DNA of 64,000 bases from Hyalangium minutum. Its GTDB lineage: Bacteria; Myxococcota; Myxococcia; Myxococcales; Myxococcaceae. This document shows positions 37,169 through 46,705 of the stretch, one piece after another (position 1 is the stretch's first letter; each line of letters begins with the position of its first letter). The notes under the pieces were generated by a model. It was not told the DNA's origin. It did not search any database and saw only the letters and a list, made by a program, of their open reading frames with translations. The position numbers and the translations under genes were made by a program. The stretch lies in the NCBI RefSeq assembly GCF_000737315.1, contig NZ_JMCB01000002.1:310001-374000 (forward strand). Direction: 5' to 3'.

Positions 37169-38964
37169 GTTTGCCGGCTCCGCGGTGGCTCCGGGAGCTC
37201 ATCCTCCCGATGCTGCTGCTGCTCGTGTACACCGCCTGCTTCGGCCTCTACTCCCTGCACCACGAGACGGTCGAGGCGGTGGCGCACGCCCGGAGGGAAA
37301 CCCTCCGCAAGGTGGCCGAGGAGATGACGCAGCTCCAGTCCAGCTTGGACTACCTGCTGCACGCGGGGAACCTGGCGGCGGTGCGCGAGTCCGTGTCGAG
37401 CCAGGGCCACAATGTGCAGCTCCAGATGGGACTGCTCGTGGATGATCAGCAGCAGGTGCTGGCCTCCACCCGGCTGGTGCTGGTGGGCCGTCCGGCGCGC
37501 GAGGCCTGGCCGGAGCTGGAGCTGCCGGAGAACGTCCGCCGGAGGCAGGAAGCCCTGGAGCACCTCACCGGCGTGGTCGAGATCAGCGCCGACGGGCGGT
37601 ACATCATCGGCTACTACCCCGTGTCCCTGAGCTTCGGCCAGCCGAGGCGCATGGGCTATCTCTTCTTCCAGCATGACTTGACGCAGCTGGAGAGCGCCAG
37701 TCGCTACTACGCGGAGCGCTCCGTGCTGCGCTCCACGCTGCTGCTGCTGGTGATTGCTGGGGCCACGGGGCTGGGGGTTCAGCTCCTGCTGGGGCGGCGC
37801 ATTCAGCGGCTGGTGGCGGCCACGCAAGGCATGGCGGAGCAGATCGGCCGCAGCCACCAGAAGCTCCAGGAGAATGAGCATCGCTTCCAGACGCTGGTGG
37901 AGCGCACCCCGGACGCCGTCTTCGTCCACCGCGAGGGGCGCATCGTCTTCCTCAACCCCGCGGCGGGCGCGCTGGTGGGGCACGAGCGGGTGGAGGCGCT
38001 CGTGGGCCGGAACCTGGCGGAGCTCGTACAGCCCGGCGACGAGGAGGTGCTCACCGGCCCGGTGGAGGCGCAGGGGGTGCGCGAGGTGCTCTGGCTCCAC
38101 GCCTCGGGACAGCAGGTGCTGGGCGAGGCCGTCACCTTTCCCCTGGTGTTCGAGGGCCAGCCCGCCCGCGTCTCCATCGTGCGGGACGTCACCGAGCGCA
38201 AGCACCTGCGGGAGAAGCTGCAGACGGCCGACCGCATGGCCGCCATCGGCTCGCTGGCGGCGGGCGTGGCGCATGAAATCAACAACCCGCTGTCCTTCAC
38301 CCTGAGCAACGTGCGCTTCATCCGCGATGAGCTGAAGTCGCTCCTGGAGGAGGGCAGGGTGCAGGAGCAGGAGCGGCTGAAGGAGGTGCTCGACGCATCG
38401 GAGGAGGCGCTCACGGGCGCGGACAGGGTCAGCGAGATTGTCACGGACTTGCGGAGGTTCACGCGAGGCGATGATGGCAAGAAGGCGCCGGTCAACCTCC
38501 ACGCGGTGCTGGACTTGTGCGGCAGCATTGCCCGGAGCCAGCTCCGCCACCGCGCGCAGCTGGTGAAGGTGTACGGAGAGCTGCCGCCGGTGCAGGGCAG
38601 CGAGTCCCGGCTCGGGCAGCTCTTCCTCAACCTCATCATCAACGCCGCGCAGGCCATCCCCGAGGGCGGGGACGCCAAGGTCCACGAGGTGCGGCTCACC
38701 ACGTGGCGCGAGGGCGCGGACCAGGTGGTGGTGGAGGTGAGGGACACGGGCGTGGGGATTCCGCCCGAGCACCTGCGCCGGCTGTTCGATCCCTTCTTCA
38801 CCACGAAGCCCGCGGGCGTGGGCACGGGGTTGGGCCTGTCCATCTGCCATGGCATCGTGAAGGGGATGGGCGGCCGCATCACCGTGGAGAGCGAGCCGGG
38901 GCGGGGAACCGCGTTCCGGGTGTTCCTCCCCATTGGGGAGCCCGAGGCGGCGCCGGGCCCATAG
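37165..38964 (+). CDS. Membrane PAS sensor histidine kinase
   Basis: Two TM helices, PAS, HEINNPL, N box, DTGVG, FDPFFTTK, GTGLGL. Confidence 0.92.
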   Translation: MSLPAPRWLRELILPMLLLLVYTACFGLYSLHHETVEAVAHARRETLRKVAEEMTQLQSSLDYLLHAGNLAAVRESVSSQGHNVQLQMGLLVDDQQQVLASTRLVLVGRPAREAWPELELPENVRRRQEALEHLTGVVEISADGRYIIGYYPVSLSFGQPRRMGYLFFQHDLTQLESASRYYAERSVLRSTLLLLVIAGATGLGVQLLLGRRIQRLVAATQGMAEQIGRSHQKLQENEHRFQTLVERTPDAVFVHREGRIVFLNPAAGALVGHERVEALVGRNLAELVQPGDEEVLTGPVEAQGVREVLWLHASGQQVLGEAVTFPLVFEGQPARVSIVRDVTERKHLREKLQTADRMAAIGSLAAGVAHEINNPLSFTLSNVRFIRDELKSLLEEGRVQEQERLKEVLDASEEALTGADRVSEIVTDLRRFTRGDDGKKAPVNLHAVLDLCGSIARSQLRHRAQLVKVYGELPPVQGSESRLGQLFLNLIINAAQAIPEGGDAKVHEVRLTTWREGADQVVVEVRDTGVGIPPEHLRRLFDPFFTTKPAGVGTGLGLSICHGIVKGMGGRITVESEPGRGTAFRVFLPIGEPEAAPGP

Positions 38965-38997
38965 CGGAGGAGCACGCGCGTGGCTGGAGTGGACACG

Positions 38998-39723
38998 ATG
39001 GATCGCATCACCCCCACGCTGCGGCCGGACGAGCGGCCTGTCATGTATCAGCGCTGGCGGACGCTGCTGTTCCTTCACTGGGAGGTGCCGGCCGAGGAGC
39101 TGGCGCGGCTGCTGCCGCCAGGGCTGACGCTGGATACCTTCGAGGGCCGGGCCTTCGTGGGGCTGGTGCCCTTCACCATGCAGGGCGTGCGGCCCGCGCT
39201 GCTGCCGCCGTTCCCCCCGCTGTCCAACTTCCACGAGACGAACGTGCGCACGTACGTGCACCGCGAGGGGAAGGACCCGGGCGTGTGGTTCTTCAGCCTG
39301 GATGCGGCCAACCGCATCGCCGTGAAGCTGGCGCGGACGTGGTTCCGGTTGCCCTACCACTTCGACACGATGGAGCTGAAGCGCGAGGGCTCATGGATTT
39401 CCTACCGCTCCGAGCGCCATTGGCCCGAGCCCGTGCCGGGCCGCTGCGCGGTGCGGTGCTCACCGGGCTCGGAGGTGAGCACTTCAACGCCGGGCACGCT
39501 GCAGCACTTCCTGGTGGAGCGCTACTTCCTCTACACGGTGCACAGCGGAGGGCTGTGGCGAGGCCAGGTGCACCATGCGCCGTACCCGGTGCGCGGCGCG
39601 CAGGTGGAGGGGCTGGATGAATCGCTCCTGGCGGCCGCCGGGATTGCACGGCCGCCAGGAGCCCCCCTGGCTCATTTCTCGGATGGCGTGGACGTGGACG
39701 TGTTCCGCCTCAAGCGCGCCTGA
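38998..39723 (+). CDS. DUF2071 (YqjF) family protein
   Basis: MYQRW..LLFLHW, ETNVRTYV, GVWFFSLDA, FLVERY, HHAPY. Confidence 0.88.
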   Translation: MDRITPTLRPDERPVMYQRWRTLLFLHWEVPAEELARLLPPGLTLDTFEGRAFVGLVPFTMQGVRPALLPPFPPLSNFHETNVRTYVHREGKDPGVWFFSLDAANRIAVKLARTWFRLPYHFDTMELKREGSWISYRSERHWPEPVPGRCAVRCSPGSEVSTSTPGTLQHFLVERYFLYTVHSGGLWRGQVHHAPYPVRGAQVEGLDESLLAAAGIARPPGAPLAHFSDGVDVDVFRLKRA

Positions 39724-39729
39724 GCCCGC

Positions 39730-40731
39730 TCACGGAGCGCACGCGCCGCAGTCCGCCGCGCAGCTGTCGTACTGGCTGCCGTTGCCGCACTTCTCGGTGA
39801 ACTGGCACGTGCCATCACCGCAGCGGTAGATGTCCACGGGGCGGACGCGCGTGGTCAGCGGCTTGTACGTCACCCCGTTGTACGTGCAGGACACGTAGTA
39901 CGTCTTCGTCGCGTCCAGCGTGCAGTACTCCTGGCACGAGCCCACATGCGCCATGGGCGCGCAGTCCGCGCTCTGCCCCGACCAGGTGAGCCCACAGGCG
40001 CGCGAGGTGCTCTCGGACGTCTTCAGGAACGGCCGGTCGATGGCGGCGAAGATGCCCTCGCTGGTGAAGGTGTTGCCGAAGAAGCAGGCCTCGGTCTCCG
40101 AGAAGAGGGCCAGCTCCGAGCTGGTGTACGGAATCTCCGCGTTCGTCGCGCCGCGCCCCAGCACGGACACGTTGACGTTGAGGCCGAACTTGTTGGTGTG
40201 GGCCGCCAGGCACGCGGTGATGATCTGCTGCTCGGCCACCGTGGGCTGCAGGCCCGAGGCCCAGCCCGGCGTCAGCCCGAGCAGGCCGTACCACGTGTAC
40301 GTCTGCCCCGTCACCAGGCTCGTATAGGTGCGGCTCTGGCCCTGGGGCACCGCGCACATGACGATGTACTTCATCACCGTGGCGCGCAGCGTCCGGTCCA
40401 TCTCGAACCAGTCCTTGAACGTGCCCGTCATCAAGCCGTTGGTGGACAGGCCGTTGGTGGACAGGCCGTTGGTGGACAGGCCGTTGGTGGACAGGCCGTT
40501 GGTGGACAGGCCGTTGGTGGACAGGCCCATCAGTGCCATCTCCTCCGCGGTGGCCATCGCCGACTCCTGCGTGGCCAGCGACTCCTGCTGCTCGAAGCTC
40601 TCGCCCTCCTCCACACCGCATCCGGTGGCGCTTCCCAGACAGAGCACCACAGCGAAGAACGACGCCACGACAGGATTGCTGTGCTGCTGTACCGCCAAGC
40701 CACGACGAACGGAGAAGGACGTCTGATTCAT
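39730..40731 (-). CDS. Exported/lipoprotein with (GLSTN)6 pentapeptide repeat and Cys-rich domain
   Basis: Signal ending ATGC; GLSTN x6; KYIVMCAVP, TACLAAHTN, C-terminal CGDGTC. Confidence 0.8.
   Translation of the reverse strand: MNQTSFSVRRGLAVQQHSNPVVASFFAVVLCLGSATGCGVEEGESFEQQESLATQESAMATAEEMALMGLSTNGLSTNGLSTNGLSTNGLSTNGLSTNGLMTGTFKDWFEMDRTLRATVMKYIVMCAVPQGQSRTYTSLVTGQTYTWYGLLGLTPGWASGLQPTVAEQQIITACLAAHTNKFGLNVNVSVLGRGATNAEIPYTSSELALFSETEACFFGNTFTSEGIFAAIDRPFLKTSESTSRACGLTWSGQSADCAPMAHVGSCQEYCTLDATKTYYVSCTYNGVTYKPLTTRVRPVDIYRCGDGTCQFTEKCGNGSQYDSCAADCGACAP
40435..40527. repeat. 15-bp perfect tandem repeat x6 (gccgttggtggacag)
   Basis: Six identical units plus a partial one, encoding GLSTN on the minus strand. 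Confidence 0.97.
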
Positions 40732-40978
40732 GGCACCACCCCCGCGGAAGAGCGGCTGTGGAATCACAGCCGCGTGAGCCCCGCTGCTTTAGCGGCTTCG
40801 AATAATACCGCTGACACAAGCAGTAGCGCTAAGGGCACACGCACGCACTTCAATCTCAATCAAAAGAGCCGCTCGTGTTTCACTTCGGAGGGAACACCTG
40901 CGGGGTAGGGTGTCTCAATGCGAGTGATTGGGCGAGGAACTCTGAGTGGCCATGAGACAAATACACTCACAGAGTGTT

Positions 40979-42478
40979 TCAAGTTGAGACAGGCGGGCCC
41001 AGCAGCTGTACGGCCTTCGGAGTGAGGTGGAGCCCTTCCGGCACCCGCTCCACCCACGCCGCCAAGTCCGTCACGGGGCCTCCGAGCACCTCGAGCACCG
41101 TGTCCTCGCCGCGCACTTCCACCGGGCCAACGTGGACGCAGAGGTGCACGTGCGCGCCGACCTCGGAGGCGAGCAGCTCCGTCTCGCGGCGCAGGTGGCG
41201 CAGCGCCTCGTGCAGCCGCAGCGCCTGCTCGGGCGGGAGCGGGCCGGTGTCCTCTAGCAGGCGGATGCCCAGCAGCGCGGTGCCCGCCTGCAGCGCCAGC
41301 ATGAAGCCGGTGGCGCGCAGCTGCTGCTCGAGGATGTCGAGCACCTCGGCGAGCGCGGCGTGCACCGCCTCGTCATCGTGCCCCGTGTCGGCCAGCTCCA
41401 CCTCCGCGTGCACCGCCAGCGCCTGCCGCAGCTGGCCGGCGGCCACCGGCGTGCCCGGTGCGGACACCGCCTCGCGCAGCGCGGTGAGGAAGGCCTCGGT
41501 GTTCGGGAAGCGCTGCTGCGCTTCCTTCTCCAGGCAGCGCAGCACCACCGCGTCCACCGCGGGAGGCACGGGGGAAATGGCGCTCGCGCGCGGCGGCGGC
41601 GCCTCCAGGTGCAGCCGCTCCAGCTCCATCCGGTCCTTGGACTGGAATGGGTACTGCGCCGTCACCAACTGGAACAGCAGCACGCCCAGCGCGTAGATGT
41701 CCGTGGCGGGGGAGATGTCGCTGCCGCGCAGCTGCTCGGGCGCCATGGCAAAGGCGGTGCCCAGCCGCTGGCCGGCTACCGTCAGCCCCTGCTGGCCTCC
41801 CTGCGGCTGCATCACCTTGGCGATGCCGAAGTCCAACAGCTTGACTCTCGGATGCTCCCCATCCTCCACCACCATCACGTTGCTGGCCTTCAAGTCCCGG
41901 TGGACGATGCCCGCCTTGTGCGCCGCCTCCAGCGCCGCGCAGACAGGCTCCAGGTAGGCGAGCGCCCGCTCGGCCGACATCCTCCCTCGCTCGTGGATGA
42001 GCTGGCTGAGCGTGCGCCCCTCCAACAGCTCCATCACGAAGTAGGGGCTGCCATCCGGCATCATCCCGAAGTCGTACACATCCACCACATTCGGGTGGTG
42101 GATCTGGTTGACGATGCGTGCCTCGCGCACGAAGCGCTGCAACATCTCTCCCTGATCCGCCAGATGGGCGTGCAGCACCTTCACCGCCGCACGCCGCCCG
42201 AGGATGCGGTGCTCGGCCTCGTAGACGCTGCCGTGGCCGCCTGACGCGATGAGCCGCTTGAAGATGTACTCGCCCGCGAGCGCGTACTGTGGGCCCTCGG
42301 CCTTGGGTGGAGGGGAGGCGGTGTCCCAGGGGACCTGCGCCTTTCCGCCCTGGATTCGGTAAGTGTCCTCGGAGTCCCCCATGGGCGACACGCTAACTAC
42401 CTGTGTCGTTGCATGCGAGAATTTGGCCGGGGCGGAGAGCGGCTCTCCCAGGGGATCCGGAAGTCCAGGATCCGTCAT
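40979..42478 (-). CDS. Ser/Thr protein kinase with C-terminal degenerate class III cyclase-like domain
   Basis: GGHGSVY, AVK, HRDLKASN, DFG, APE; start uncertain (42478 or 42382); the ORF-track extension to 43387 overlaps the opposite-strand kinase. Confidence 0.88.
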   Translation of the reverse strand: MTDPGLPDPLGEPLSAPAKFSHATTQVVSVSPMGDSEDTYRIQGGKAQVPWDTASPPPKAEGPQYALAGEYIFKRLIASGGHGSVYEAEHRILGRRAAVKVLHAHLADQGEMLQRFVREARIVNQIHHPNVVDVYDFGMMPDGSPYFVMELLEGRTLSQLIHERGRMSAERALAYLEPVCAALEAAHKAGIVHRDLKASNVMVVEDGEHPRVKLLDFGIAKVMQPQGGQQGLTVAGQRLGTAFAMAPEQLRGSDISPATDIYALGVLLFQLVTAQYPFQSKDRMELERLHLEAPPPRASAISPVPPAVDAVVLRCLEKEAQQRFPNTEAFLTALREAVSAPGTPVAAGQLRQALAVHAEVELADTGHDDEAVHAALAEVLDILEQQLRATGFMLALQAGTALLGIRLLEDTGPLPPEQALRLHEALRHLRRETELLASEVGAHVHLCVHVGPVEVRGEDTVLEVLGGPVTDLAAWVERVPEGLHLTPKAVQLLGPPVST

Positions 42479-42611
42479 CCGAAAGCCCCTCTGGCGGAGG
42501 CCCTGTCTGTTGGTGAATGCTTCCAGGTGCAACAGACGCGCTAGGTTGGACGCCCGGCGGCGAGGCTGCTGGGATTCCCCGGGGAGAGTCTCCCCGGGGG
42601 GGTAACTGCCC

Positions 42612-44888
42612 ATGACGATGCTGGATGATGTGACCACCCATGCGGGGATGCCGCTCATGGCCTCCTCGTCCTCTCCTGGAGCGTGCCTGATTCTGATCAG
42701 CACGGCGCTGCCAGGCTTGATTGGCAAGGCCTTCCCGCTGGCGCCGGGCGAGCACGTGGTGGGCCGCGGCTCCGAGGCCAGCATCCGCATTGATGACCAT
42801 GGGGTGTCCCGGCGGCACGCGCGCGTGGTCCGTACGTCCGAGGGCGCGTGCTTCGTCACGGACCTGAAGTCCACCAACGGCACGTACCTCAACGGGGTGT
42901 CCGTCTCCTCGGCGGAGCTGCGCGAGGGGGACCGGCTGCAGATTGGCACCGGCACCGTGTTCCGCTTCTCCATCCGTGGGCAGCTCGAGCCCCGCGAGGA
43001 GCAGCTTCGCCAGGCGCTGTCCGCCGCGCGTGTGGGCATCTGGGACTGGAACGCCTCCTCCGGCGTGGTGACGTGGTCCGAGCACGTGGACCGCATGCTG
43101 GGCCTGCACGTGGGCAAGCTCTCCGGCCGCCCCATGGAGCTGCGCGAGGTGGTGCACCCGGAGGACCTGGAGCGCGTGAAGGCGGCGCTGGCCTCGGCGC
43201 TGGAGCAGAAGACGCACGTGGAGCTGGAGTACCGCATCGAGCCCGCGGGCAGCGGCTTCCGGTGGATCTCCTGCAAAGGAGACGTGCTGACGGACCTGGC
43301 TGGCGCTCCCGCGCGCATCACGGGCACGGTGATGGATATTACGGCGCGCAAGCAGGCCGAGCAGGAGCTGCGCCGCCACGCGCTCATCTTCGAGAGCTTC
43401 TATGACGGGGTGGTCATCACCGACTTGTCCGGCCGGATTGTGGACTTGAACCCGAGCGCGGAGCGGATGTTCGGCCGCGTCAAGTCGGAGACGCTGGGAC
43501 TGACGCTCTTCTCGGTGCTGCACCCGGGGGAGACGGACGCGCTCACGGCGAAGATTTTCTCCACGCTGGAGCAGATGGGCCGCTGGACGGGCGAGGTGGA
43601 GTTCCAGCGCCGCGACGGCACCAGCTGCACCTGCGAGTCCGTGGCGGTACCGCTGCGGGACTCGGAGGGGCTCGCCATCGCCTGCATCCTGGTCCACCGG
43701 GACATTACGGAGCGCAAGCACCTGCAGGCGCGCCTGGTGATGGCGGACCGGCTCGCGTCCGTGGGCACGCTGGGCGCGGGCGTGGCGCATGAAATCAACA
43801 ACCCGCTGGCCTACATGCTCGTCAACCTGCACCTCATCCGCTCGGGGCTGGAGCGGCTGGAGGCGCTGTCGCCGCCAGGCACCATCGAGCCGCTGCAACA
43901 GCTGGCCCAGGAGACGACCGAGGGCGCCGAGCGGATTGCCGCCATCGTGAAGGACCTGAAGACGTTCGCGCGCGGCGAGGCGGATGCACGGCTGGGCGCG
44001 GTGGACGTGCGGCGCGCGGTGGAGCTGGCGTGCAAGATGGCGGACAACATGCTGCGCCACCGCGCGCGGCTGATGCTGGACTTCGAGTCGGCGCCGCCCG
44101 TGGAGGCCAACGAGTCCCGGCTGTGCCAGGTGTTCCTCAACCTGCTGTTGAACGCGGCGCAGGCCATCCCCGAGGGCGAGCCGCCGGAGCGCCATGAGAT
44201 TGCCGTGCGCATCCGCACGAAGGAGCCCGGGCAGGTGGTGGTGGAGGTGCGGGACACGGGCGCGGGCATGACGTCCGAGGTGCTCTCGCGCGTGTTTGAT
44301 CCGTTCTTCACGACGAAGCCGGTGGGCGAGGGCACGGGCCTGGGGCTCTCCATCTGCCACGGCATCATCGAGTCGATGGGCGGCACCATCTCCGTGGAGA
44401 GCACGCCGGGCAAGGGCAGCACCTTCCGCGTCGTGCTGCGCGCCATGGAGGTGGAGGAGGACATCCCCACGCGCGTCGACTTGCGGACCCTCGGCGCGGT
44501 GTCGGCCGCGCCGCGCGCACGGGTGCTCGTGGTGGATGACGAGCCGAACGTGACATCCGCGCTGCGGCGCGCCCTGGGCTCCGACCACGACGTGTCCACC
44601 GCCAACAGCGCCCGCGATGCGCTGCAGCTGCTGACGCGGGACCGTGGGTTCGACATCATCCTGTGTGACTTGATGATGCCGGGGATGACGGGCATGGACC
44701 TGTACGCGGAGCTGGACAAGGAAGCGCCCGAGGTGGCCACACGGGTGGTCTTCATGACGGGCGGTGCGTTCACTCCCCGCGCCGTCACCTTCCTTCAGGG
44801 CGTGCCGAACCCCAAGATTGGCAAGCCCTTGAACCTGGAGGAGCTGAGGGTGCTCGTCAGCCGGCGCGCCGCCGGGGCCCAGCGATGA
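42612..44888 (+). CDS. Cytoplasmic hybrid histidine kinase FHA-PAS-PAS-HisKA-HATPase-REC
   Basis: FHA GR..SRRHA..STNGT; GIWDW PAS; HEINNPL; VLVVDD, DLMMPGMTG. Confidence 0.93.
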   Translation: MTMLDDVTTHAGMPLMASSSSPGACLILISTALPGLIGKAFPLAPGEHVVGRGSEASIRIDDHGVSRRHARVVRTSEGACFVTDLKSTNGTYLNGVSVSSAELREGDRLQIGTGTVFRFSIRGQLEPREEQLRQALSAARVGIWDWNASSGVVTWSEHVDRMLGLHVGKLSGRPMELREVVHPEDLERVKAALASALEQKTHVELEYRIEPAGSGFRWISCKGDVLTDLAGAPARITGTVMDITARKQAEQELRRHALIFESFYDGVVITDLSGRIVDLNPSAERMFGRVKSETLGLTLFSVLHPGETDALTAKIFSTLEQMGRWTGEVEFQRRDGTSCTCESVAVPLRDSEGLAIACILVHRDITERKHLQARLVMADRLASVGTLGAGVAHEINNPLAYMLVNLHLIRSGLERLEALSPPGTIEPLQQLAQETTEGAERIAAIVKDLKTFARGEADARLGAVDVRRAVELACKMADNMLRHRARLMLDFESAPPVEANESRLCQVFLNLLLNAAQAIPEGEPPERHEIAVRIRTKEPGQVVVEVRDTGAGMTSEVLSRVFDPFFTTKPVGEGTGLGLSICHGIIESMGGTISVESTPGKGSTFRVVLRAMEVEEDIPTRVDLRTLGAVSAAPRARVLVVDDEPNVTSALRRALGSDHDVSTANSARDALQLLTRDRGFDIILCDLMMPGMTGMDLYAELDKEAPEVATRVVFMTGGAFTPRAVTFLQGVPNPKIGKPLNLEELRVLVSRRAAGAQR

Positions 44889-46678
44889 CGGTCCCCTCGA
44901 GGTCCCTGGAGCCGGTGGCTCTTGGAGGCGCTTCCGAGCAGACGCTCGTGCCCCCTCCGGCACAGGAGACACTGGGCACAGGCCGGGAGTTCACTCCGCG
45001 TGCGCTGGCCACCGGGTGCCTCATCGGAGCCGTGCTGACTGTCTCCAACCTCTACATGGGGTTGAAGACGGGGCTCTGGGAGAGCGGCTCCATCATGTCG
45101 GCGGTGCTGGGCTTCAGCGGCCTGGCGGCGTTGGGGCGGCGGTGGGGTGGGGCGCCGGGGCCGCTGGAGACGAACCTCTCGCAGTCGACCTCGAGCGCCA
45201 CGGGTGCGGTGCCCGCCGCGGCAGGGCTGTTGGGCACGGTGCCGGCGCTGGCGCTGATGGGAGTGACCGTGCCCGCGTGGAGCCTGGTGGCCTGGGGCGC
45301 GTCGCTGGGGCTGCTCGGGGTGATGGCCTCGCACCTGCTGCGCAGGCGGCTGCTGGTGGACGAGGCGCTGCCATTCCCCACGGGCGCAGCCACCGCCGAA
45401 GTGATTACCGCCATGCACAGGGAAGGGGCCATGCGGCAGCCGGGGCGGGCCAAGGCGCTGATGGGCGCGGGGCTGTGCTCCATGGCGCTGACCTGGGCGA
45501 GGGATGCGCTCAAATGGGTGCCCGACGTGACGGCGTTTCCGGGGCGGCTGGCGGGGTTGCCCGCGGCCACCTTCACCTGGGGCTTCGGCTGGATGCCGCT
45601 GGCGCTGGGGGTTGGGATTCTGGCGGGGCTGCCCATGGGGCTGAGCATGCTGCTGGGCGCCGTGCTGGCCTTTGGTGTGCTGGCGCCCCCGCTCGTGAGC
45701 TCGGGGGTGGTCGCGGAGAGTGGCGGCTATGAGGCGCTCTCCATTTGGCTCGTCTGGCCTGGCGTCGGGTTGATGGTGGGCGGGGCGCTCGTCTCGCTCG
45801 CGTCGCAGGCGCGCTCGCTCTTCAGGGTGGTGAAGGATCTGCGCGCGCTGGGGAGCGGGGATGTGCGCTCCCTCCGCTGGCTCCTGGTGGCGGCGCTGGG
45901 GGCGTGTGGCGTGGTGCTCGCCCTGGGCGTGGGAGTGTTTGGGCTGTCCCTGCTCCAGGCGCTGGTGATGCTGGCGCTCGTGGTGCCACTGTGCGCGGTG
46001 TGCGCGCGCGGGGCGGGGCAGGTGGATGTGGCTCCGGTGGGTTCCATGGGCCAGGCCGCGCAGATTGCCTCGGGCACCTTCTTCCCAGGGCCGAGCGCGG
46101 TCAATGTCGCCGCGGGCGGCGTGGTGGCGGGAGCGGTGGCGCACACGGGCGTGGGCCTCTGGTCTCTCAAGGCTGGACACCTGCTGGGTGCCGCGCCCCA
46201 GCGCCAGCTCCTCGCACAGTTGCTGGGTGTGCTCGTGGGGTCCGTGGTGGCTGTGCCTGCGTATCTGCTGCTGGTGCAGACCCATGGGCTCGCGAGCAAG
46301 GCACTGGCCGCACCCTCGGCGCAGCCGATCCGCGTGGTGGCGGAGCTCTTTACGCGGGGGGGCTCGGGGCTGCCGCCGTATGCGCTCCTGGCAGCGGGGA
46401 TTGGCTTCGGACTGGGCGTCGTGCTGGCGCTGGCCGCGCGCGGGAGGCTGGAGCGCTTCCTGCCGTCACCGGTGGCCATGGGCATTGGCTTCATTCTGCC
46501 CGCGTTCGTCGCGGTGACGATCGCCCTGGGCGGGCTGCTGGCCGCGGTGGCGCGCCGCGTCCGGCCTCAGTGGACCGAGCAGTACCTCCCTGCGGTGGGA
46601 GCGGGCACCATCACCGGTGAGTCCCTGATGGGGCTGGCCATCGCGGCGCTCACGTGGTTCGGGGTTCTGGGGCACTAG
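44885..46678 (+). CDS. OPT-family oligopeptide transporter
   Basis: NLYMGLKTG, ETN..Q, L.FPTG.ATA, SLKAGHL, many TM helices; ATGA overlap with the kinase. Confidence 0.9.
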   Translation: MTVPSRSLEPVALGGASEQTLVPPPAQETLGTGREFTPRALATGCLIGAVLTVSNLYMGLKTGLWESGSIMSAVLGFSGLAALGRRWGGAPGPLETNLSQSTSSATGAVPAAAGLLGTVPALALMGVTVPAWSLVAWGASLGLLGVMASHLLRRRLLVDEALPFPTGAATAEVITAMHREGAMRQPGRAKALMGAGLCSMALTWARDALKWVPDVTAFPGRLAGLPAATFTWGFGWMPLALGVGILAGLPMGLSMLLGAVLAFGVLAPPLVSSGVVAESGGYEALSIWLVWPGVGLMVGGALVSLASQARSLFRVVKDLRALGSGDVRSLRWLLVAALGACGVVLALGVGVFGLSLLQALVMLALVVPLCAVCARGAGQVDVAPVGSMGQAAQIASGTFFPGPSAVNVAAGGVVAGAVAHTGVGLWSLKAGHLLGAAPQRQLLAQLLGVLVGSVVAVPAYLLLVQTHGLASKALAAPSAQPIRVVAELFTRGGSGLPPYALLAAGIGFGLGVVLALAARGRLERFLPSPVAMGIGFILPAFVAVTIALGGLLAAVARRVRPQWTEQYLPAVGAGTITGESLMGLAIAALTWFGVLGH

Positions 46679-46705
46679 CATCGATGGCCCCCGAAACTCC
46701 GTGAG

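Noticed and set aside
40435-40527. CRISPR array
   Set aside because: Head-to-tail 15-bp units with no spacers, in-frame within a CDS; no cas genes
42479-43387. N-terminal extension of the Ser/Thr kinase ORF to 43387
   Set aside because: Overlaps the well-supported FHA kinase on the opposite strand; no domain content
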